Shown piece by piece: positions 26,666 through 32,000 of a stretch of DNA of 32,000 bases. How positions within the stretch are numbered: the first letter of the stretch is position 1; the number at the start of each line of letters is the position of its first letter. The stretch is from the NCBI GenBank assembly GCA_964373795.1, contig CAYJVY010000004.1:79944-111943 (forward strand), read 5' to 3'. The notes beneath the pieces are model-generated. The model was not told where the DNA came from, made no database searches, and was given only the letters and a program-made list of their open reading frames with translations. This stretch comes from an uncultured archaeon. Its GTDB lineage: Archaea > Iainarchaeota > Iainarchaeia > Iainarchaeales > DATDZZ01. Made by a program: the position numbers and the translations under genes.

Positions 26666-27271
26666 TTAGAGTCTTAAAGTTAAAAAAACAAACACTAATG
26701 GAAAAAATACTACTGCCCATACAAGAATATTCCAAGTGAAAACCTTGGAACCATCCAATGGATAAATTGGAATCAAATTAAATAAAGCCAAAAAAATGTT
26801 TATTGATACAGTGAACTTTAAAACAGTTTCAATTATTACTGGAACAGGAAATAAAACAAGTGATAATAAGTAAAACACTATTGCAATTAATACATTAGCC
26901 ATTGGCCCTGCTAAAGAAATTAATCCATTTTTTTTATTGTCAATGTCTCTTCCAAAAATATAAACAGCTCCAGGAGCAGCAAAAACCCATCCAAATAAAG
27001 CCATTACTAATGCAAAAATCAATCCAGTAGTCCAAGCCCTATACTCTGCTTTTGCTCCAAAATTAATTGCAACATATTTATGCGCTAATTCATGCAAAAT
27101 AAATCCAGTTCCAACAGCAATAGCTGTAATAATAAAGGCTGAAACAAAGTCAAGAATATTAAGCAAGTCAAAGCTAACCCAAGCAAATGCTACACTAATT
27201 GTAAGCCATGAAACAATTATGTCAATTAATTCCTTTTTATGCAGCTTCATTAAACCCATATTAAAAAACAA
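26666..27271 (-). CDS. M50 family site-2 protease-like zinc metalloprotease
   Basis: It has HELAH (HExxH) in a TM segment, NLIPIYPLDGSKV (NxxPxxxLDG) and a polytopic membrane profile. Confidence 0.85.
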   Translation of the reverse strand: MFFNMGLMKLHKKELIDIIVSWLTISVAFAWVSFDLLNILDFVSAFIITAIAVGTGFILHELAHKYVAINFGAKAEYRAWTTGLIFALVMALFGWVFAAPGAVYIFGRDIDNKKNGLISLAGPMANVLIAIVFYLLSLVLFPVPVIIETVLKFTVSINIFLALFNLIPIYPLDGSKVFTWNILVWAVVFFPLVFVFLTLRL

Positions 27272-27275
27272 ATCA

Positions 27276-27337
27276 AAAGACTTTAAAAAGACTGACTTCG
27301 TTAGAAGACGAAAACAAAAAATCTATTAAAAGTCTTT
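27276..27337. promoter_or_regulatory. inverted repeat AAAGACTTT / AAAGTCTTT in the divergent M50-pilin promoter region
   Basis: AAAGACTTT (27276-84, with a second AAAAGACT at 27286-93) pairs with AAAGTCTTT (27329-37). A TATA-like ATCTATTAAAAG overlaps the right arm. Confidence 0.3.
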
Positions 27338-27360
27338 CTCAAGCGAAATCAATTACATTG

Positions 27361-27442
27361 CCGTCACGCGCTGCAAATGCAAGGGCATGTGTAGGTCTTC
27401 AGCCACTCCAACTGCGTTGGCACACGCTCGCCGCGTGCTCGG
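27361..27442 (+). promoter_or_regulatory. GC-rich structured 5' leader candidate upstream of the first pilin gene
   Basis: 52 of 82 nt are G/C. The outer stem is CCGTCACGCG (27361-70) with CGCGTGCTCGG (27432-42), and the inner hairpin is CCAAC-TGC-GTTGG (27408-20). The element ends 5 nt before the AGGAGG RBS. Confidence 0.35.
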
Positions 27443-27459
27443 TGAAAGGAGGAATTAAA

Positions 27460-27630
27460 TTGGATGAAAAAGCCCAAGTATCAATTGAATTAATTGTTGT
27501 ACTAGCAGCAGTTGTTGCAATTGTTTTACTTTTAGTAGGACAATTACAGGAAACAAGCAAGGAAGGAGTGAAAGAATTTGATGAAACAACTAGTGAAGTT
27601 TTTAAGGAAATCAAAAAAATCAATTCATAG
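27460..27630 (+). CDS. class III signal peptide (archaeal type IV pilin-like) small protein
   Basis: TTG lies 6-7 nt after AGGAGG. The sequence DEKAQVSIELIVVLAAVVAIVLLLVG has a charged leader, Q, then a hydrophobic helix. The tracked ORF's GC-rich 34-codon extension was rejected. Confidence 0.65.
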   Translation: MDEKAQVSIELIVVLAAVVAIVLLLVGQLQETSKEGVKEFDETTSEVFKEIKKINS

Positions 27631-28042
27631 AGGACAAATAAGTTTAGAATACTTATTGATTTTGGTTTCCTTTTTTTCTTTTTTTATTTTATTCTTTCCA
27701 TTAATGTTAAAAATATTTGAAGAAGGAAATCAAGCAATTGAGTTGCAAAACGCAAAAATGTTCTTAAAAGAATTGAAAAACAAGATAACAGAAGTCTCGC
27801 TATATGAAAATAATTCAAAACAAGTAATTGAAGTAAATTCAAATAATGAATGGCTAGTCAAAATTGAAAACAAAAGCATTTCACTTGAAATTCAGAAAAA
27901 AATAAATAATAAAATTGAAAAAATAACTTTAAAAGAAGAAATAAGTCAAAACTTGAACAAAATAGAATTAATTCTAAAAGACAAAAGTATGCTTGAAATA
28001 AAAAATTCTAAAGAAAAAATTGAAGTTAAAAAAATTAATTAA
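27578..28042 (+). CDS. class III signal peptide pilin-like protein
   Basis: KKSIHRGQISLEYLLILVSFFSFFILFF is the R-G-Q / SLEYLL prepilin-type motif. It overlaps the previous gene by 53 nt. Confidence 0.7.
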   Translation: MMKQLVKFLRKSKKSIHRGQISLEYLLILVSFFSFFILFFPLMLKIFEEGNQAIELQNAKMFLKELKNKITEVSLYENNSKQVIEVNSNNEWLVKIENKSISLEIQKKINNKIEKITLKEEISQNLNKIELILKDKSMLEIKNSKEKIEVKKIN

Positions 28043-28400
28043 AGAAAACAGTTAACTCAATTACATAAAACTGCCCTTCAGAAAAAATATTTGCAGTAGA
28101 AGTAATTGAATTTTTTTCATCATTAAAAGCGTTCCACAAAATCGAATTATTTAACACAATTTTCCCATTATTTTGTGGGAAAACAAATTTAAAATCTTCA
28201 ATTAATTCATTTGCATTAAATGTTTTAGAATAACTCCAAACCTTTAACAAGTCATGTTGTTTTTGCAATAAATAAATTGAGTTAAAAGAAACGTTTATTG
28301 GAGTTGAAATTAATAAAAGAAAATTAATTAAAATAGTTAAAGAAAGCAAGGCTTCAAAAGAATAAATAAAGGCTTTTTTATTCACAAAAAACCACTCCAA
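28035..28400 (-). CDS. pilin-like protein (N-terminal hydrophobic helix)
   Basis: NKKAFIYSFEALLSLTILINFLLLI resembles a class III signal peptide. It is last in a four-gene minus-strand run. Confidence 0.5.
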   Translation of the reverse strand: MEWFFVNKKAFIYSFEALLSLTILINFLLLISTPINVSFNSIYLLQKQHDLLKVWSYSKTFNANELIEDFKFVFPQNNGKIVLNNSILWNAFNDEKNSITSTANIFSEGQFYVIELTVFFN

Positions 28401-28806
28401 GTAAAGCCTTTTTTAAAATCTCTTCTTTAACTAAAACAAATCTTTGAATTGAAAAACATTTTTCAGTTAAAGGAAGTTGTCGAATGAAATGTGTTTCCCC
28501 ATTCTTAAATTTAATAAAAACCTCTTTAACGTTTTCAGGAAACTGCTTGTCATCAATTAAGTGAAAATCAATTATATTTGAAAGAACTCTATGTTTTTTG
28601 TCATCAAAAACTGAAAGGCCTTGTGAATTAGACTTAATTGATTTTTTCACTAAACCGTCTGCAAAGGTTAAAGCTTTTCTCTCTAAAGAAACGCTTTCAA
28701 CAAGTTGTTTTTTGTTCTCAATTGAATTACTTAGAAATAAAAAAAATAAGTAAAAAATTAAAAGAATTAAAATGAATGAAAAAACCAAGTCAGTGAAAAA
28801 AATCAT
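28378..28806 (-). CDS. pilin-like or membrane-anchored hypothetical protein
   Basis: The N-terminus is MIFFTDLVFSFILILLIFYLFFLFL. It overlaps the next gene by 23 nt. Confidence 0.45.
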   Translation of the reverse strand: MIFFTDLVFSFILILLIFYLFFLFLSNSIENKKQLVESVSLERKALTFADGLVKKSIKSNSQGLSVFDDKKHRVLSNIIDFHLIDDKQFPENVKEVFIKFKNGETHFIRQLPLTEKCFSIQRFVLVKEEILKKALLGVVFCE

Positions 28807-28810
28807 TCCT

Positions 28811-29125
28811 TTAATTGTAATGGTTGTTCACCTTTATTTCATTATTTTTAAATCCAATTATTTCTTTATTGATTAACTGTAAAGAAATGTTTTCATCAAA
28901 AAAACCTTCACTGTTATAACAATTAAACTCTGAAGTAATTTTCCCAGAAAAAACATTGTTATAAAAATAGTCAACTACAAATGCACATTGCTCTAAAAAA
29001 ATGTTTTCCTTAAAAGTGTTTAAAGAGTTATTAAAATCATTTAATGCATTTGATTCAAATCTAATAAAAGCACTCAAAAGCAAAAAAGAAACAATTAAAG
29101 AAATAATAAATTCAAGAAAATTCAT
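28811..29125 (-). CDS. pilin-like hypothetical protein
   Basis: The N-terminus MNFLEFIISLIVSFLLLSAFI has an acidic residue early in the hydrophobic helix. Confidence 0.45.
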   Translation of the reverse strand: MNFLEFIISLIVSFLLLSAFIRFESNALNDFNNSLNTFKENIFLEQCAFVVDYFYNNVFSGKITSEFNCYNSEGFFDENISLQLINKEIIGFKNNEIKVNNHYN

Positions 29126-29136
29126 TTTTTTTCCTC

Positions 29137-29673
29137 TTAATTTTTAACCTCTAAAGAATAATTTAATGGAATTAAAAAAATTTGATTTGAATTTGGAAAA
29201 TTTATTTTTGCGAATAAAATCTTTTTTTCATTAAAAGGAAAAGTCAATTCATTTTTTTTATTAAAGGAATCGGGTTTTACTTTAAACAAGGATTTTAAAG
29301 AATTAATGGAGGGTTTTTCACTCTGAGCATTGAATAGATTTGAATAATTAATTGAATTCTGCGAAGCCAAAAGAAAAGTTGTTTGTTTATTTTTTTGTTC
29401 AATTAAATTAAGAAAATTAAATAACTCATTAGATAAATCTTTTTTTATTTCACCTGAATTAAAGTTCCCGATCTTTAATTTTTTAAGTAAAAAAAATTCA
29501 AAAAAAGAATCAAGATTTTGCTCTAACTCTGTTCTCAAGTAATTGGCTTTCTCTATTTCAATAATAATGTTCTTGGATTCATTTAATTTGTTAAAAGTTA
29601 AATTCATGTCTTGTAAAGAGATCAGAAAAGGAAGCAAGAACAAAACCAAAAGAAAAGAAAAAAACCCTTTCAT
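29137..29673 (-). CDS. pilin-like hypothetical protein
   Basis: The N-terminus MKGFFSFLLVLFLLPFLISL has K-G followed by a hydrophobic helix. It is first in the minus-strand run. Confidence 0.5.
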   Translation of the reverse strand: MKGFFSFLLVLFLLPFLISLQDMNLTFNKLNESKNIIIEIEKANYLRTELEQNLDSFFEFFLLKKLKIGNFNSGEIKKDLSNELFNFLNLIEQKNKQTTFLLASQNSINYSNLFNAQSEKPSINSLKSLFKVKPDSFNKKNELTFPFNEKKILFAKINFPNSNQIFLIPLNYSLEVKN

Positions 29674-29826
29674 AAAAATAAATCAAAAAAAATAGATTAA
29701 AAAAAGAATTGGAGATTTCGACATGAAACGAACTGAGGCTTTATAAATGACTTAAAAAATTGTGAAAAAAATTGGAATTTATGCATTTATACAAAAAACT
29801 ATATATATTTTAATCAATATAATATA

Positions 29827-30873
29827 TTGGGGGTTGGATTGGCTGAAAAAAGGGAGCTTAGCCCTATTGACCTAAAAATTTTGAAATTAATTACAAGGCA
29901 AGGTATTATCCCAGAACACCAAATCGCAAAAAAATTAAAATTAAATCCGTCAACTGTAAACTATAAAATCAAAAAAATGCAGGAAGACAAAATAATTTCA
30001 GATTACACATATAGATTCAATTACGAAAAACTAGGCTTAAAAACTCAAGCATGGATTTTTTTAAGCTTAAATGCTAATTTTAAAAACTCTGATGAAGTAT
30101 TTGAAGAACTATTCAAGTTCGGAGAAGTATTCGGAGTATTTGTTATTACTGGAGCAGATGACTTAGCTTTAAAGGTTTTCACTGAAACAGTTGAAGATGC
30201 AACAAAGTTTTTAATGAATTTAGAAAACAGGTACAGAGAACTAATTATTACTTCTTCAATTTACTTTGTAACAGAAAGTTACAAATTCCATCACACAATA
30301 TTAGATTCAGAAAAAGAGTCAACAATTTTGTTAAATAAAACTGATTTAAAAATAATTCAATTCCTTAAATACAATCCAAATAATTCAATAAAAGAATTAG
30401 CAAAAGAATTAAACATTCACAGAAATACTGCAAGCAATAGAATCGCTAAATTAATTGAAGAACAAGTGATTTTAAAAAAAAGCGCTAGGGTAACTCCTCC
30501 ATATTACAGAGACATTGGCATAGCTTTTAGAGCAATAGTTTTAATTGATGCAAAAACAGGAGAAATAGACAATCTTGCAAGAAAATTAGCTGAGCTAGAC
30601 GAAGTGCACGAAGTCTTTTCCATTAATGCAAAACACGACATACTAGCAATAGTTAGAACAGAAGATTTAGAAGCATTCTATTACTTTAATAGAAAACTTT
30701 ACGGCAATCCTGAATTAAGTAAACTACTTAATAGCACTAATTCATCAATAATATTAAAAGGAAAAACCCAGCGCCCAGAATGCATAACAAAGGTATTAGA
30801 AAAAAAACTTGAAAACGAGTTAGAAAAAAATAAATTAATTGATTTAAAAGAAACTGCTTTAATTAATAACTAG
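29827..30873 (+). CDS. fused tandem Lrp/AsnC-type regulator (two HTH+RAM modules)
   Basis: Module 1 reads IDLKILKLITRQGIIPEHQIAKKLKLNPSTVNYKIKKMQEDKII. Module 2 reads TDLKIIQFLKYNPNNSIKELAKELNIHRNTASNRIAKLIEEQVIL. Each is followed by a RAM-like segment, and the start is TTG. Confidence 0.8.
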   Translation: MGVGLAEKRELSPIDLKILKLITRQGIIPEHQIAKKLKLNPSTVNYKIKKMQEDKIISDYTYRFNYEKLGLKTQAWIFLSLNANFKNSDEVFEELFKFGEVFGVFVITGADDLALKVFTETVEDATKFLMNLENRYRELIITSSIYFVTESYKFHHTILDSEKESTILLNKTDLKIIQFLKYNPNNSIKELAKELNIHRNTASNRIAKLIEEQVILKKSARVTPPYYRDIGIAFRAIVLIDAKTGEIDNLARKLAELDEVHEVFSINAKHDILAIVRTEDLEAFYYFNRKLYGNPELSKLLNSTNSSIILKGKTQRPECITKVLEKKLENELEKNKLIDLKETALINN

Positions 30874-31044
30874 ATTTTGATTAAATGAATTCCTGGATCT
30901 TTCCTCTTTGAAAAGCAATAAAACTGTAACAGCAATCAACACCAATATAAATAAATCAATCAACTGCAAATTATTCACCAATGCATTGTATATTCCTATG
31001 AAAGTACCAATAAAACTGATAACTTTCGTTAACCTTAAATTCAA
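30859..31044 (-). CDS. possible small two-TM membrane protein
   Basis: Hydrophobic 61-aa ORF with a TTG start and no other support. Confidence 0.25.
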   Translation of the reverse strand: MNLRLTKVISFIGTFIGIYNALVNNLQLIDLFILVLIAVTVLLLFKEERSRNSFNQNLVIN

Positions 31045-31242
31045 CTAACCCCCTCATACCTATATTCACGTAACCAATAAATAAATAGATTAAGTTCAAA
31101 ATGTTCAAAAAAGAAAATCAAAGTGCATGCATTTAATCAAATTCAAGCAACAGTTGGTTGCTAATACATTGAACAGAAATTACATGATCATAGCAAAAAT
31201 TACGCAAAGTGAATATATTAATTTCTATTAATCAAATCTACT

Positions 31243-32000
31243 ATGAACAAGTTTTTGTTTGCAGTATTTTTGCTTGTCACAATATTTTTTTTAGGCTGTT
31301 TAGTTAAAGAAAATCCTCCAACAGCAGTCAATAAATCCGAAATTGAAATAATTAAAAATTTTGTAGACAAGTCTCTTGAAATTGAAAATAATTCAAGCCA
31401 AGAAGAAAAACTTAATCTTTGCGGAAATAAAATTGTGGATGTAAATGAAAACTGTTCTAATTGCATTCAAGATGTTTTATGCAGTGAAAACCAAGAATGT
31501 GTAAATGGAATATGTAAACTAAAAGGATTGTGTGGATTTCAAGTCTGTAAAGAAGATGAAAAATGTATTGAAGAAGAGTTTTGCATGAACAAAAGTCTTT
31601 GCAAGGATGGCACTCCCATAAATTCTTGTTCAAATTTTAAACAAAAATACTGTAATGAAAACAATGAATTAATTAATGATTGCAAAAAATGCGGGTGTGG
31701 AAATTTAAGTGAATGTCAAGAAGATGGCAGTTGCAAGAAAAAAGTATTTGAACAATCAAAATATGAGTGCATAACTTGTAATGGGTTTTGTTTTTCTAAA
31801 AATTTAGGAAACGAATTATGCATTGACAATCATTTTTACAATAATTATTCCTATACTAGATCAAATAATTGTAGCACTAATTCAGACTGTGGCCCAGGAT
31901 TTCAATGCATTAACAATGTTTGCACTCAATATTACTGGGAAAATCCTTACAATGTTCCAATAAAAATTATTCCAAAATATTCTGAATCAATTCCTTTAAA
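31243..32000 (+). CDS. cysteine-rich secreted lipoprotein, 3' end beyond window
   Basis: This ORF is not in the track because it has no stop in the window. I translated it by hand from ATG 31243 and the frame stays open to nt 32000. The signal peptide plus lipobox is MNKFLFAVFLLVTIFFLGC. Repeated C-x(5-6)-C-x(2-3)-G-x-C modules follow, such as CSENQECVNGIC and CSTNSDCGPGFQCINNVC. Confidence 0.7.
   Translation, partial: MNKFLFAVFLLVTIFFLGCLVKENPPTAVNKSEIEIIKNFVDKSLEIENNSSQEEKLNLCGNKIVDVNENCSNCIQDVLCSENQECVNGICKLKGLCGFQVCKEDEKCIEEEFCMNKSLCKDGTPINSCSNFKQKYCNENNELINDCKKCGCGNLSECQEDGSCKKKVFEQSKYECITCNGFCFSKNLGNELCIDNHFYNNYSYTRSNNCSTNSDCGPGFQCINNVCTQYYWENPYNVPIKIIPKYSESIPL

Noticed and set aside
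26552-26677. 41-aa TTG-initiated ORF (LASKRSKHALLKAVHAFKVSRLERNTHIGAQLYWMNRELES) within the GC-rich island
   Set aside because: It has no RBS or TATA, its codon composition is atypical, and it overlaps the M50 gene end. The hairpin density favours an RNA or relic explanation, though a foreign gene fragment is not excluded.
26505-27442. The two GC-rich segments flanking the M50 protease gene as terminal repeats of a mobile cassette
   Set aside because: Comparison of the segments in both orientations found no shared strings longer than about 6 nt, and no direct-repeat target duplication was visible.
27358-27459. TTG-initiated 34-codon N-terminal extension of the first pilin (MPSRAANARACVGLQPLQLRWHTLAACSVKGGIK)
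   Set aside because: It is GC-rich and Ala/Arg/Cys-rich, unlike any other coding sequence here. A strong AGGAGG RBS sits inside it just before TTG 27460, and class III signal peptides have short leaders. It was reinterpreted as a structured leader.
31218-31466. 82-aa minus-strand ORF from the track
   Set aside because: It overlaps the start of a much longer plus-strand frame that has a lipoprotein signal peptide and periodic Cys modules. The minus ORF has no features.
1-32000. CRISPR arrays, IS elements, integrases, rRNA or canonical tRNA genes
   Set aside because: No regularly spaced direct repeats were found. There are no transposase or integrase-like ORFs in the six-frame track, and no cloverleaf-compatible GC-rich 70-90-nt segment.

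Overview
AT-rich archaeal chromosomal segment, roughly 30% GC by eye. It is gene-dense, with about 41 CDS, few long spacers, GGAGG/GGTG Shine-Dalgarno-like sites and TTTAAATA-type TATA boxes. Confidently recognised genes are the RFC small subunit, type IA DNA topoisomerase, CDC48/VCP AAA+ ATPase, an SPFH/stomatin-like protein, an M50 site-2 protease, 3-hexulose-6-phosphate synthase, a SAM methyltransferase, an NFACT-R/DUF814 protein, a YbjQ-like protein and a VapBC-type toxin-antitoxin pair. HTH regulators are numerous: Lrp/AsnC x3 (one a fused double), TrmB x2, a Bat-type HTH_10 protein and an unassigned wHTH protein. Gene content and style suggest a small-genome DPANN-like archaeon, which is inference only. 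No rRNA, tRNA, CRISPR array, transposase or integrase could be supported. The regions most worth follow-up are as follows. (1) 11.8-16.9 kb holds two divergent paralogs that carry only the phosphohistidine swivel domain of PEP-utilising enzymes, embedded among regulators. (2) A six-gene locus of class III signal peptide / pilin-like proteins at 27.4-29.7 kb lacks any assembly ATPase, platform protein or prepilin peptidase in the window. It is preceded by an 82-nt GC-rich structured leader. (3) Several short GC-rich, hairpin-dense islands lie at 26.5-26.7 kb, 16.93-16.98 kb and 17.17-17.27 kb in otherwise AT-rich spacers, and are candidate structured RNAs of unknown class. (4) A same-strand block of small basic ORFs at 0-2.5 kb contains two paralogs and a protein with a JAMM/JAB-like motif. 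(5) An ATP-cone protein has a body that may be a catalytically dead NrdD-like remnant. All functional calls rest on motif recognition by eye, and no database search was run.
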